This document shows, piece by piece, positions 9,672 to 20,621 of a stretch of DNA of 64,000 bases. The translations under genes were made by a program, and so were the position numbers. The stretch comes from an uncultured Nitrososphaerota archaeon (GTDB lineage: Archaea; Thermoproteota; Nitrososphaeria; Nitrososphaerales; Gagatemarchaeaceae). Where the stretch lies: the NCBI GenBank assembly GCA_963718895.1, contig CAVRAG010000007.1, positions 736,001-800,000 on the forward strand. Direction: 5' to 3'. Each line of letters begins with the position of its first letter. The stretch's first letter is position 1. The notes under the pieces are model-generated. The model saw only the letters and a list, made by a program, of their open reading frames with translations. It ran no database searches and was not told the origin of the DNA.

Positions 9672-11617
9672 GCCCTGTATGTATAAGCCACCTCGAACAG
9701 CGTGGGTTTCGGTGAGCCCCAGAAGATTGTTAGAGCTGCCGACGCTGGCCCGGTTATCACGACCTCGATGTAGCCCGAGGCCGGTACTGTCCCAGCAGAA
9801 GAGGACACAGAGAGAGGCTGGTAGAGCGCGGTCGTCGCCGCGGGCGAATTACTGGCCATCGTGGACTGGACTGTGCCGGCCGAGTCCGTCGTGTAGTACG
9901 AGACTGTGACCGTCTGGGGTGCTGGCATTATCGCGTCGCACAGGGCGCCCCAGTACGTCGTAGACTTCCCGAATGCGCACGATGAAGAGGACAAAGAGGA
10001 GGTCGTTGCAACGTACTCTACAGCGTTCGAATAGCCTACTCCCGCCTCGGTGGCGACGAGAGTGGCCTTTGTTACTCCGATGGTTCCAGCCGTCTCCGTG
10101 ACCGATGTATGGGTGCCAAAGAGCGAGAAGACGAAGTCCGTCTCCGAGACCGTCGAGACGCTAGAGACCGTCGGCGCGGCTGAGGTGGAACTGCAGGAGG
10201 AGACTGCGGCGTCCGGCAGACCCGAGGCGGGGTCGAAGGGAGTGATAGTGTCCGCGCCGGAGACCGCGATGGCGATTCCCGAAGCAGCGGTCGTGGTCGG
10301 AGTCGACGCGAGTTGGACCGTTATCGTGTCCGACGAGAGGGCGGAGGACGCTATCCCGTACCACTCGACCTCCGTGCTCTCCTGCGCGCCGGTGCACACC
10401 GTGTAGGAGTGCCGAGCAGACGACTGCCACGTTATCGCGCTGGCAGAGTCTGATATCGAGGAGACCGCGACGGAGGAACCAGAGTGGTAGGTGACTATCG
10501 AGAGCACGACCACATCGTTGGCATCAGTCGTCGTTAACGACGAAAGGGCGAACGAGGTCCCAGAGGACCAAGTCCCTTCTGCGCTTCCATCCACCGCTGG
10601 CGCGGGCATGTCTGCGAAGAGCTGCAACGACAGTGAGGATGCGGGAATAGACTTTGCTGAAGCGAATTGAGGCGACCAGAGATACATGCTCTCCCCCGCG
10701 GGGAGGGTGAAGCTGGCACTTGAGACGACCGCGTCGCAGATGTCGGCCCAATAGGTCGTTGTCTTCCCGAAGGTGCACGTGATGCCGGACTCGACCGTTG
10801 AGACGACGCTGTACTCCACGGCGAGGGAGTATCCCCTTCCCGCTACGGTACTCAGAAGCGTCGCGGCCGTGGCGCCGATGTTCCCGGCGCTCTCCGTCTT
10901 CGACGTGTAACCGCCGAAGAACGCGATTACGAAGTCGTTGGCGTTCGCGGTCGAGATGGTGTCGCTCGGGTCCGCTGCGGTGGACGAGCAGTCGTTCCCT
11001 ATTGTGCCCCCGTTGGCGGAGGTGTCGATCGGGCTGGATGTGGCTGCGCCGGAGATTGCGACGGCCTCGGCCGAGGCAGCGGTGGGAGTCGCGCTGAGTG
11101 TGATGGTTATCGTATCCGAGGAGAGGACGCCGGAGGCTACACCGTACCACTGAATGTCAGTGGTCTCTTGTGTAGAACTGCAGTCAGTGTACTCGGTCAG
11201 GAAACTGGTCCGCCAGCTTACCGCACCGGCGGTGTCTGTGACGGAGGAGACCGTTATCTCGCTGGCCGACTTGTATGTTACCACGTTGAGGAGAATCACG
11301 TCCGACGTATGGGCCGTGGTCACCGACGTTATGGTAAACGAGGTAGCCGAGGACCACGTACCCGTCCAGTTACCGTCCGAGGAGAGCACTGAGGTCCTGG
11401 TGGGCTCGGTGGTCTGAGTGTCGACGGTGAGGCAGGGCAAGGTGCACCCGGCCACAGGTGCGTTGACGTTCTCGTAGTAAGGGTTCAGAAAGGTGCCTGC
11501 GAAGTCGGCGCCGGTGCTCTTCAGAATCGTCACGTTGGCCGCGGCAGCGACAATGAGCATCGTTGTGGCTGCGCCAGACAGAAGGAGCAGCCGCCACTTC
11601 AGGTTCTGCGAACCCAA
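9668..11617 (-). CDS. Large secreted Ser/Thr-rich protein with a duplicated ~220-aa beta-rich domain
   Basis: N-terminal signal; two repeats (GTWSS.TSF..TT....DV..L..VTY..WYG.AS..LSSDTIT..FGK.TTYW...CDA) with conserved Cys. Confidence 0.8.
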   Translation of the reverse strand: MGSQNLKWRLLLLSGAATTMLIVAAAANVTILKSTGADFAGTFLNPYYENVNAPVAGCTLPCLTVDTQTTEPTRTSVLSSDGNWTGTWSSATSFTITSVTTAHTSDVILLNVVTYKSASEITVSSVTDTAGAVSWRTSFLTEYTDCSSTQETTDIQWYGVASGVLSSDTITITLSATPTAASAEAVAISGAATSSPIDTSANGGTIGNDCSSTAADPSDTISTANANDFVIAFFGGYTSKTESAGNIGATAATLLSTVAGRGYSLAVEYSVVSTVESGITCTFGKTTTYWADICDAVVSSASFTLPAGESMYLWSPQFASAKSIPASSLSLQLFADMPAPAVDGSAEGTWSSGTSFALSSLTTTDANDVVVLSIVTYHSGSSVAVSSISDSASAITWQSSARHSYTVCTGAQESTEVEWYGIASSALSSDTITVQLASTPTTTAASGIAIAVSGADTITPFDPASGLPDAAVSSCSSTSAAPTVSSVSTVSETDFVFSLFGTHTSVTETAGTIGVTKATLVATEAGVGYSNAVEYVATTSSLSSSSCAFGKSTTYWGALCDAIMPAPQTVTVSYYTTDSAGTVQSTMASNSPAATTALYQPLSVSSSAGTVPASGYIEVVITGPASAALTIFWGSPKPTLFEVAYTYRA

Positions 11618-11651
11618 CCGATCACCCCTGGGCTCACTTCCCGGCCCGCTC

Positions 11652-12164
11652 CTAGGCGACCGTTATCTGGACCGCCGCGGGGGCCGTCCACGTCACTGCG
11701 CCCGTGTCCCAGAGGACGGTCATCGTCTGTCCGTTCACGATTGAAGCCGGGCTCGTGAACTGGAAGGTGTAGAGGGTGCTCGTGACGCCGCTGACGGCGG
11801 TGCTCGTGACTGTGATTGTGTAGAGGTAGCTCGTCGCCGCGCCCGTCTGGATCGTTATCGTCCAGGCCACTTCCCAGTCGCCCGCCACGAGAGCGTTCAC
11901 GTACGTCGGGGCCAGGTTAGCCCACGCAAGCCCGCTGACCGATGCAGATTGGGGGGCCTCGACGACGTTGTAGCTGATCGCGGAGGCGAGGAAGTAGCCG
12001 TTGTCGACGACGTACTCTCCTTGGTATCCCACGTTGTTGCTGGTGTTGATGGTCACCGATGCCGCGTAAGCGCCTATGGAGCCGACCATGATGAGTGAGA
12101 GAACGAAGAGGTAGACCAGCCTGACGCTCCTGTGCATGAAAGGTACCTTGATGAATCTCGTCAT
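11652..12164 (-). CDS. Secreted 170-aa filament/pilin-like subunit, paralogue 2
   Basis: Signal peptide ending IGAYAA; beta-rich; highly similar to 12189-12701. Confidence 0.8.
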   Translation of the reverse strand: MTRFIKVPFMHRSVRLVYLFVLSLIMVGSIGAYAASVTINTSNNVGYQGEYVVDNGYFLASAISYNVVEAPQSASVSGLAWANLAPTYVNALVAGDWEVAWTITIQTGAATSYLYTITVTSTAVSGVTSTLYTFQFTSPASIVNGQTMTVLWDTGAVTWTAPAAVQITVA

Positions 12165-12188
12165 CTCCCCAAGACCTCCTCCAAGCTC

Positions 12189-12701
12189 CTAGGCAACCGC
12201 CACTTGAACCGCGGCCGGGGCCGTCCATGTCACAGCTCCCGTGTCCCAGAGAATCGTCATCGTCTGCGTGGGGGTTATCGTCGCGAGGGTCGTGAACTGG
12301 AACTGGTACAACTGAGTGGTCGTTCCAGTGGCTGAAGTGCTGGTCACGGTGATAATGTACGTGTGGCTGGGTGTCGCTCCCGCGTTGAGCGTGATGGTCC
12401 AGAGGACCTCCCAGTCGCCTGGTACAAGGGCGTTCACGTAGGCCGTGCCACTGGGCGCCCATGTCATTGGCTGGGTCGTCAGCGCCTGCGCGCCCTCGAC
12501 GACGTTGTAGGTAATGGCAGAGGCGGTGAAGTAGCCGTTGTCGACGACGTACTCTCCTTGGTATCCCGCGTTGTTGCTAGTGTTGATGGTCACCGATGCC
12601 GCGTAAGCGCCAATCGATCCGATGAGTATGAGCGAAAAGACAGCCACATAGAGCAGCCTTATGCTCCTTCTGACGAAAGGAATCCTTATCATCTTTGCCA
12701 T
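12189..12701 (-). CDS. Secreted 170-aa filament/pilin-like subunit, paralogue 1
   Basis: Same architecture; first gene of an operon that ends in the S26 peptidase. Confidence 0.8.
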   Translation of the reverse strand: MAKMIRIPFVRRSIRLLYVAVFSLILIGSIGAYAASVTINTSNNAGYQGEYVVDNGYFTASAITYNVVEGAQALTTQPMTWAPSGTAYVNALVPGDWEVLWTITLNAGATPSHTYIITVTSTSATGTTTQLYQFQFTTLATITPTQTMTILWDTGAVTWTAPAAVQVAVA

Positions 12702-12889
12702 GATTCTCTCACTTTCTCCTGATGTTTTTTCTTGTGTTATGAGCAGGGGTTACGATTCCCGTCTGATAACCAGAACAGTTTGGCGGGTGAACCCGATATA
12801 AAGTCGTCTAAAAATATCCCAAAAGTCCACCATGTTATCAATTTCTCTTAACATTTCGTCGTTTGAGCCCGTTCGGTTCGTTAGTCCGC

Positions 12890-13510
12890 ATGGCGTTCAC
12901 TGACCTAACGGACGAGGAGTGGGAGGACGTCAGGGGCCTCATCCGGCCACGAGCCAAGAAAGGCAGACCGAGAGGAGACGAAAGACGAACCCTGAACGCA
13001 ATCCTGTTCGTCCTGCAGGAGAAGATACCCTGGAACTACCTCCCGAGCGAGTACGGCAACGACTCGACCCCCAACAGGAGGTTGAAAGAGTGGGAGGAGG
13101 ACGGGACGTGGGACCGAATAGCGGACGCCCTGGGGCTCGTCGAGGACTCCGACCTCATCGGGGAACCCGGCAGCGGAGACTCGGGTCTCGATTCTGGACT
13201 GTGGGACGTCTCGCAGGACTACCCTGCATCGGGTCGAGGGGAACTCCTCTGTCCGGCTCGACCAAGGATCACCATAGCCCGTGGAGATGCACCCGGAGAG
13301 GCTATCGGCGGCATGACAATCATCAGCTGCACGGAGGCAGACACCTGTCTTCCCATGTTTCACGGACCCGTGGGGGGAACGCGTCAGGAATGCATCCCGG
13401 CGACCTGCTTCTTGTTCGTTGAGGGAGAAGATGGGTTCCCGGGGTGCGCACTCGAAGTTCAGCTGGTGAGTTCGACACGCCGCAGGGCTGGACGACCTTC
13501 CCGGCCCTGA
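12890..13510 (+). CDS. IS5-family transposase N-terminal (DUF4096-like) domain fused to an unrelated Cys-rich tail; no DDE domain
   Basis: DLTDEEW...GRP..D.R..LNAILFVL....W..LP.EYG..ST...R...W...G.W. Confidence 0.7.
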   Translation: MAFTDLTDEEWEDVRGLIRPRAKKGRPRGDERRTLNAILFVLQEKIPWNYLPSEYGNDSTPNRRLKEWEEDGTWDRIADALGLVEDSDLIGEPGSGDSGLDSGLWDVSQDYPASGRGELLCPARPRITIARGDAPGEAIGGMTIISCTEADTCLPMFHGPVGGTRQECIPATCFLFVEGEDGFPGCALEVQLVSSTRRRAGRPSRP

Positions 13511-13896
13511 ACTGGGGTACCGAGGTTCAGGCCCACGGGCCCTCGAATTCGATGAGACCTCAGCTGACAAGCCGGGCCGAGTCCTGGCGCAGCTGGAGAC
13601 AAAGGGGCTTGCGACGGACCCGAGGCATCTTCACAGGATGCACGCACCTGTCCGATGGCTATCCCCTCCTGACCAAGGACCGGAGGCATCTGGACCGGAT
13701 ACCGGACCTCCTCGTCCTCACTCGGCGGACCTAGACTCCGGATGGGGCCTGGCTCGGGGTCTCCCTGTCGACCGTGCCTTCTTTGGGCTCGCCACGCCCC
13801 TTGTTGAGGGCGGCTGACCTAGCAAAGACCGGTCCTCGAGTCTGGACCGAGAGAAGGAAAGGTTGGCGGTTAAATTGACTGTCAGCGTGCTTCTAC

Positions 13897-14115
13897 ACCC
13901 GATTGCGCGGACATGAGTCTCCTCCTCGAACTGGAGATGAGCACAGGAATTACCTGAGCCGCAAAAACGTGATCGCGAGCGCAAGGGTCTTCCACGGCGA
14001 GGCGGCCAACGGGTCGAAGAGGAAGACATCACGTCCTCTGACTTTCAAGCGAATGCCGTCCCCGTGTATCGGGAGGGCCAACGAGCGAATGTCTCTTGAG
14101 CAGGCGGACGAACAA
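13897..14115 (+). ncRNA. Dispersed structured RNA element, copy B
   Basis: Near-identical core to copies C and E; TTAAAT box at 13870. Confidence 0.7.
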
Positions 14116-14369
14116 CGAATGGACAGGACCAAGCCTTGTGATTTCGGGGGGCTGAGCGTTTCCAGAAATTCCTGCAAGACTTGCATAGAATAGGACGCTT
14201 ATCCAAGATATGTAACCCAGCGTCCAAGTCCTCTTAGACGGAAATACGGAGCTTTGCAGAGGAGGTTGTGTACTATGTATCACTAACTGGGCGAATATCG
14301 ACCTTGTCGCCCCTATGTGAACGTCCTCGTTATCTACTCTCTTGCGCCGTTGAGGACCGTGGATTGAGG

Positions 14370-14702
14370 ATGACAACGGAAGAAAACCTCCGTGAAGCAA
14401 CGGGACAATCTCCAGAGACCATCATCTGCGCGGGATGCGACGAACCTGTTCAGGAGCTCCTGCAAGAGGATTCCCTGCGTCTGAGGAGGACGAACATGGA
14501 GGAAGTCCTCCCTCCGGTGAGGGCTTTCGAATGCCCCCGATGTGAAGCCATAATCTATTCAGACGAATTCACGTCCGGCAGATTTGTGCCTCCCCAGTTC
14601 AGGCGTCTGATAGTGCCGGTTGCTCGGCCCATGAGCGGGAGCCACTTCTCGCCGCAGACCGAGGTAGCCGTTCTGGGTGCGTCGGAGCCGTCTAGGAGTT
14701 GA
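14370..14702 (+). CDS. Small Zn-ribbon protein
   Basis: CAGC ... CPRC pairs. Confidence 0.5.
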   Translation: MTTEENLREATGQSPETIICAGCDEPVQELLQEDSLRLRRTNMEEVLPPVRAFECPRCEAIIYSDEFTSGRFVPPQFRRLIVPVARPMSGSHFSPQTEVAVLGASEPSRS

Positions 14703-14742
14703 TGGGAACGAAGAGAATCGGTGCGGTCCGGAAGGACGCCTC

Positions 14743-15390
14743 TTACAGCGTCATTTTGACCATCACCGATGATTCGGTGGCATCGATGGTCGGGATAATC
14801 TTGAAGAGCGTGCGGAAGTCCGTGTCCAGGGCGGTTTTCAGGTAGGCTGTGTAGTGTTGACCAAAATCATGGGTCACAATAAGCGTGACATTGGATCCTT
14901 CCCGCTTGAGCTCTACCTTGATGTCGAGCCCGTACCGGCTCCTCATCTTGAGATATTCGAGGAAGTCGTCCACCCTGACATCCTGGAACCAGAACATCAT
15001 CATGTCCTTCATCAACTGATGCGAGTGCACCCCGGCGAGCTCCTGGAGCCTCTCGGCGTCAACGGCGTTGACCATGTCCTGAAATTGCGCCTTGGGGATC
15101 GTCACGAAGCCAAACCGCTCGGTGACGCTGTCCCAGAGGACGTACTTGTTCAGGACCGATGAGACCAGGGCATTCAGCGCTATACCCTTGTTCGCTGCCA
15201 AGCCCTCGAGCTTCGCCTCCAGCTCTTCCGGGAGCCTGATGGTCCTAAGGACGGTCCTGCTTTTCTTCTGCTCCCGCTTGGCGTCCGGAGAAGAGGTTTC
15301 CAAGTCCTTTAGTTTTTGCACGGGAATCTGTGCCGTATATGTTCCTTTTGACGAAGCTCCCGATTCGACGGTCAGTGAATCCACATTCAT
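14743..15390 (-). CDS. Ribbon-helix-helix putative regulator with C-terminal ligand-binding-like domain
   Basis: RTIRL...L...A...GI.LNALV..VL.KY..WD...RFG pattern typical of Nitrososphaerota hypotheticals; ATGA overlap with the upstream gene. Confidence 0.65.
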   Translation of the reverse strand: MNVDSLTVESGASSKGTYTAQIPVQKLKDLETSSPDAKREQKKSRTVLRTIRLPEELEAKLEGLAANKGIALNALVSSVLNKYVLWDSVTERFGFVTIPKAQFQDMVNAVDAERLQELAGVHSHQLMKDMMMFWFQDVRVDDFLEYLKMRSRYGLDIKVELKREGSNVTLIVTHDFGQHYTAYLKTALDTDFRTLFKIIPTIDATESSVMVKMTL

Positions 15391-15701
15391 GCGGCGATGG
15401 TCGAGACCTTCGACCTCTCGTTCCATTGAATGAGTCGGACGAGTCCGATTAGGAGGAGGGCGAAGGAGACCATGAGCGCCGCACTGAGGATACCGGATGG
15501 GACCTCCTGACCGACGGTGAGAAGGAGGGCGTCTCCGAAGCCGACCAAGGCGATCAGGGCGAACCCCACGACCATGAACTTGAAGAGTTGCTCCATGACA
15601 TCGCCCTTGAACATCTTGATGACGCTGTCAACGCACACGATTCCCACGACGCCAAGGATTCCGAACCCATAGGCGATGGCGACCTGGGTCGTGTCGAGCA
15701 T
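15387..15701 (-). CDS. Small 3-TM membrane protein
   Basis: Three hydrophobic helices; translationally coupled to the RHH gene. Confidence 0.65.
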   Translation of the reverse strand: MLDTTQVAIAYGFGILGVVGIVCVDSVIKMFKGDVMEQLFKFMVVGFALIALVGFGDALLLTVGQEVPSGILSAALMVSFALLLIGLVRLIQWNERSKVSTIAA

Positions 15702-16026
15702 GGACCGTGGGAACGAAAGTATCGGGATTTAGGAAGGAGGTACACTAAGTAGTACCTAGGCGACGAAGATGAGTGTTTTGTCCACCTAGGCAACGGGAGC
15801 GACAGCCTCGTGCATGATTAACAGGGCCGTTAGCAGCTTGCCAGGGCTGTTGTTTCATCAACCAGAGGCCTCGGTGGATGGGACTTCGGGGAGGGGACAC
15901 AGAATCTCGCCCGTGTGGCTGGCTCACCAAGAGAAACCTCCAGGAGGTTCACGTCGCTCATGGTCGTGTCTGTGAATCCTGCGGTATCGAGTGGCGCTTA
16001 AAAATCGCCTTACAGGCTTCGAGGAC

Positions 16027-16250
16027 ACCTGATTGCGCGAAGATGAGTCTCCGGCCTTGAACTGGAGATGAGCACAGGAATTACCTGAGCCGCAAAAACG
16101 TGGTCACGAGCGCAAGGGTCTTCCACGGCGAGGCGGCCAACGGGTCGAAGAGGAAGACATCACGTTCTTTGACATTCCAGCGAACGCCGTCGTGGTGAAA
16201 TCCCGGGAGGACGAACAAGCGCATGTCTGCCTAGACATGCAGACAAACTA
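16027..16250 (+). ncRNA. Dispersed structured RNA element, copy C (weak similarity may extend to ~16392)
   Basis: Near-identical core to copies B and E; TTAAAA box at 15998. Confidence 0.7.
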
Positions 16251-16654
16251 GCGAAGAAGATCAGTCACAGCACACCGAAATCAGGAACCGCTCGGCAGGG
16301 CATCCTATCTTCTGGTAGGGCGCCTCATGATATCCACCGGCCATCCGATTCGGGAAGTGCCAGCCGACGCCTGAGGCGGATCTTGAGCTGAAGCTTCGCT
16401 TCCAGGCTGTCACGATTCAGCTGGTAGAGGAGCCCCCGGACGACCTGTGGCTATCGCGATGCCAGATTCTCCAGCCTTTGAAGGACAGGGTGCAGCCTTC
16501 CCTTGAGCTTGATCGAGCTCGCTTTCTCCGCACTTTGCTGTCACCTATCGCGGCAAAGACTTGTCAGACTTGAGGAGGACCCGGGTTGCCGACAATCTCC
16601 AAACTGCGCTGGGAGGCAATGTTAAAGACACCAGTTTCTCCACACCCAATCAGA

Positions 16655-17443
16655 ATGATTGTCCCGAACAGGTTCAAGGACACCGTGGTGCTGATTACGG
16701 GTGCGGGGTCAGGGATAGGTCGCGGAATAGCCTCCAGGTTCGCTGCGGAGGGAGCAAGCGTTGTACTCGTGGATATCCGGGAAGAGGCCGCAAACGCCGT
16801 CTTGAGTGAGATACAGTCGCGAGGCGGCATCGGCATGGTCATCAAAGCGAACGCCACGTTGCCGAGCGACGTTAACCGCGCGGTGGAGGCAGTGATTGAA
16901 AGGTTCGGAAGGATAGACGTACTCGTGAACAACGTGGGTCTGTTCGTACTGAAACCAATCATGGAGATGTCAGACGCAGACTGGGAGCCGATGATGGACA
17001 TCAATGCAAAATCCACCTTCCTGTGGTCCAAGACCGCGGCCAAATCGATGAAAGAGGCCAAGCATGGCTGCATTGTCAACATCGCCTCAGGGTCCGGCAA
17101 AGTTGGGGACCCATATTCTGGCGTCTACGTGGCGGCGAAGCACGCCGTCATCGGGCTCACGAAGAACCTTGCGCTGGAGCTGGCACCATTTGGCGTACGG
17201 GTCAACGCTGTATGCCCGGTCGACACAGACACGCCAATGCAGAAGAAGTTCTTGGAACAGCTCGGCGCGAGGGTCGGCAAGTCGCCGGACGAGCTGAGAC
17301 AAGAGACGATGCACAACATACCACTGGGCAGGCTGGCGACCCCAGAAGACATCGCGGGAACGGTTACATTTCTTGCGTCTGACGACGCGAACTACATAAC
17401 GGGACAGTCGATCAACGTCAACGGCGGATGGCTGATGCTCTAG
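16655..17443 (+). CDS. Short-chain dehydrogenase/reductase
   Basis: TGAGSGIG, LVNNVG, YVAAK, GQSINVNGG. Confidence 0.92.
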   Translation: MIVPNRFKDTVVLITGAGSGIGRGIASRFAAEGASVVLVDIREEAANAVLSEIQSRGGIGMVIKANATLPSDVNRAVEAVIERFGRIDVLVNNVGLFVLKPIMEMSDADWEPMMDINAKSTFLWSKTAAKSMKEAKHGCIVNIASGSGKVGDPYSGVYVAAKHAVIGLTKNLALELAPFGVRVNAVCPVDTDTPMQKKFLEQLGARVGKSPDELRQETMHNIPLGRLATPEDIAGTVTFLASDDANYITGQSINVNGGWLML

Positions 17444-18583
17444 CAGCGGCGCCGGCCAGCGCCGAGGTCAGCCGCTCGATGATGACTGAGACGTCCACCT
17501 CACTGAGACACTGCGGGTTGATGAAGATCGCTCTTCCGATAGAGTAGAGTTTGATGGGCGGGTCGCCGCTCTCGAGTACTCGAACTAGCTCCTCGACGGG
17601 GACGGAATACGGATCCTGTTCGACCTTGATTCGGGGGATGGTCAGCGGTCTTATCGTGTCTTCCGGGCCCGGCATTACCCTCTTCACGTTCAGGTGCGGC
17701 AGCTTTGACAGGCCGTCCACGAGAGAGTCGATGATCCTCTCGCATCTCTCCAGCCTCTCCTTGCTTCTCGCAGGATAGGTTCTCAGGGCGACGATCAGGG
17801 CCGCGATGTCCTCCTTGCTCGTCTTCATCGGCCGCCCAAGGAAATACGTGCGTTGCCCGTTGACGGTCGCGGAGTAGTACGGTCCAAGAGAGAAGCACGC
17901 GTCCACCAGGCTCTTCCTGCCGCAGACGAACCCCGTGTCACTCGGACCTCCAATGTCCTTCCCCCCGCTGAATACCACCAGGTCTGAACCCAGCGAGATG
18001 TACCGCCGGAGGTTCTCCGCCGGAGGGAGCTCGGCGGCCGCATCTACTATGACCGGTACGCCGCGAGAGTGCGCAAGTTCGATGACCCGGTTCAGCGGCA
18101 CCACGGATTGTTGAGGGCCGAAGTCGATGTACAGGATTGCCGCCGTATCAGTCCCTATCGCCGCTTGCAGCTCTTCCTCGGTCGTTCCTTGGGGACTTCC
18201 CACATAGACTGTCCGGCCTCCCGCAATCTTGACGAGCGTGGTGTAGACGCTCCTGTGCGGCGCCTGGACCAAGACTCGCAACGTAGGCCTTCGTTTTCCG
18301 GCAGCATGCTGGCAACCTCGAGGTCCCCCCTGGAGATACAGGCGACGACCGACATCATCAGGCCGGCGGCCGCGCCCGAGACGACGTATGCGGATTCCGC
18401 GCCTGTGATCCCGGCTATGACTTCACCTGCCTTCCTCTGGAGCTCATCCATGAATACGAATGACAGGGCGGCTTCCCTCATCGCCTGCGTCACTTCTGGG
18501 TCGAGCGTGTTGCCACCCAACGACGTCAGAGTTCCGGAGCCGTTGATGACCTTCCTCACTCCCAGCTTCTCGTAGACGTCCAT
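17418..18583 (-). CDS. SelA-like PLP enzyme (DgaE-like ammonia-lyase family), one frameshift
   Basis: MDVYEKLGVRKVINGSGTLTSLGG; VSGAAAGL; VDAAAE; FSGGKDIGGP. Confidence 0.85.
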
Positions 18584-18672
18584 TGTCCTGTCCCGCCGGT
18601 CAACATCGATACTTATGCCTGTTTCGACGGGCGGGCTCCTGCACTTATAATGAGAGCTGTGCGCTCCTCCGC

Positions 18673-19480
18673 ATGGGAATCTCGAAGAAGGTAGCCCTCG
18701 TCACGGGGGCGGCGTCCGGGATTGGTGAAGGAATAGCTCTCCATCTCGCAAGAGAGGGCGCCTCGGTCATAGTGGCAGACGTGGACGAGGTCAAGGGCGA
18801 GAGAGTCGCCGCACGAATCTCGAAGGGGAAGGGCGATGCCGTCTTCATCAGAGTGGATGTCTCCAATCAGGGTGAGGTCAAGGCGGCGCTTGCGAAGTGC
18901 AGGAAGAAGTTCGGCGGCCTCGACATCCTCGTAAACAACGCCGGCATCAACGTGGGCTTGAGCAGCGGTCCGAATCCTACAGGGTGCCCGAAGAGATATG
19001 GATCGTACCATCGATACCAACCTGAAGGGAACGTTCCTCTGCACAAAGTATTCTGTGCCGCTCATGAGGAAGAGGCAAGGCGGGTCGATAATCAACATAT
19101 CTTCGATGCTGGGGCTCTACGCCATCCCAGGGGCGTCCTCTACTGCGCCTCCAAGGGAGGATCATATCGCTCACGCGGGCGACAGCCATGGACTCCGCGA
19201 GGTTCAAGATAAGGGCAAACTGCATCTGCCCTGGTGCGATCAAGACGCCGGCCTTCGGAAGGGCGTTCACCGACCCCACCGAGCTGCGCCGTCTCTTTGC
19301 GATCTATGAGAAAGGGTATCCGGCCAAGCGCATAGGGGAACCAAAGGACATCGCGTCTTTGGTGGCCTATCTGGCGGATGAGGCCTCCTCGTTCATCACT
19401 GGGTCCGTCATAACAATCGACGGCGGCATGCACGCCCAGTACGGCGAAGCGCTGCTGAAGATGAGGATTGACGGGATAAT
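18673..19480 (+). CDS. Short-chain dehydrogenase/reductase (frameshifted; 3' end approximate)
   Basis: TGAASGIG, NNAG, YCASKGG, ICPG, ITGSVITIDGG spread over three frames. Confidence 0.85.
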
Positions 19481-20553
19481 CTATCGCTCTCGCTGCCCGG
19501 ATGGAGCCACTTGTACTTGTACTCCTGACCGCTCATCGAGGATTTCTGCACTAGGAGGCCGAGGAGCTCAACGAGGTTGGCGTGCTGCGTCATGGGCACG
19601 TCGTCCGCTCCCGGGTCGAGCAGGCCGGGACCGCCGTTTATGGCACCCGCCGCGGCGCAGTAGGCCTGCGTCTGCAACTCAATCTGTCTGTCGTGCAAGA
19701 CCGCGGGTTTCTGCAGCAGCGCCGAAAGGCAGGCCTCTATGCCGTAGGCGCCCCAGTTCGAGATCGTCGCGGTGACCAGCACCTCCGTCGCGATGTTGGA
19801 GGCCGAGCCTCCCTGGCAAGGGCACTTGCACTCCCCCGAGAACGGGACGTACTTCAGGACCGAGTCTCTTATGAGACCACAACCTAGCTCGTTCCCCCCA
19901 TCCCCTATCCCGATAGTCAGCGTGCCCTGAGCCGTAGCCGAGAGAAACATGCTGTCGGGTTTGGCGAGGTACTTTGAGATGTTTATCCCAGTCAGCCCGT
20001 GATATTCGCCCTTGACGTTCTGCGACGGTCTCTCAATCGCAATGAGCGCGGAGGGGTTGAGTTCCTTAAGCATTCGTTCCCCGGCGGCGGCCGCCTGGTT
20101 GGATTCCGTAGTGAATTCGACGATAGATGCGAGTCTCGGAAGCCTCAGCACCTCGTCTATAGAGCCCACGTTCAGACCCGAGCCAGCGAGTGCGGCCTTG
20201 GTTATCCCCACGTTGAAAGAATCCGTCACAAGCACCACCTTGGCGTCCAGCCCGAGTACCAGGGCGCGCGCAAGGGTCGCTGCGCCGACGGGGCCATCCT
20301 GCTCTCCGACGGTGAACCACGGCGGACAGGCGAACCCAGTCGTGATTATCACCACATCATTCGCCTTGACACATTGCGCCAGCCGTTGGGCCGCGAGCAT
20401 CGTAATCGGAAAGTTACCCTGCTTCTCCCTCGCCGCACCATAGAGTTTGTCGATAACGCCGCGGCACGAGATGTCCGCTGTGATCAGTCGATCGACGGTA
20501 TTGCCCAGCACCTGGTGGTGTTGCGACACGGAGTGGGAATCGCTTTGGTCCAT
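19480..20553 (-). CDS. D-glutamate cyclase-like (DUF4392) protein (3' end approximate)
   Basis: TTGF, EQDGP.GA, IAIERP, IGIGDGGNELG, ISNWGAYG motifs. Confidence 0.82.
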
Positions 20554-20621
20554 CTTGATCTCCACCTCACGGCCTCTTCCATCTCGCAACATCAACCTTT
20601 GGTCCGAGGTCGAGTGCCCTT

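Noticed and set aside
12863-13734. Intact IS5 element
   Set aside because: No DDE catalytic domain, terminal inverted repeats or target duplication detected
13950-14186. Conserved minus-strand peptide (DVFLFDPLAASPWKTLAL) as the reason for the repeat
   Set aside because: No shared start codon, copy D has a frame-breaking indel, and compensatory pairing plus plus-strand TATA spacing favour an RNA
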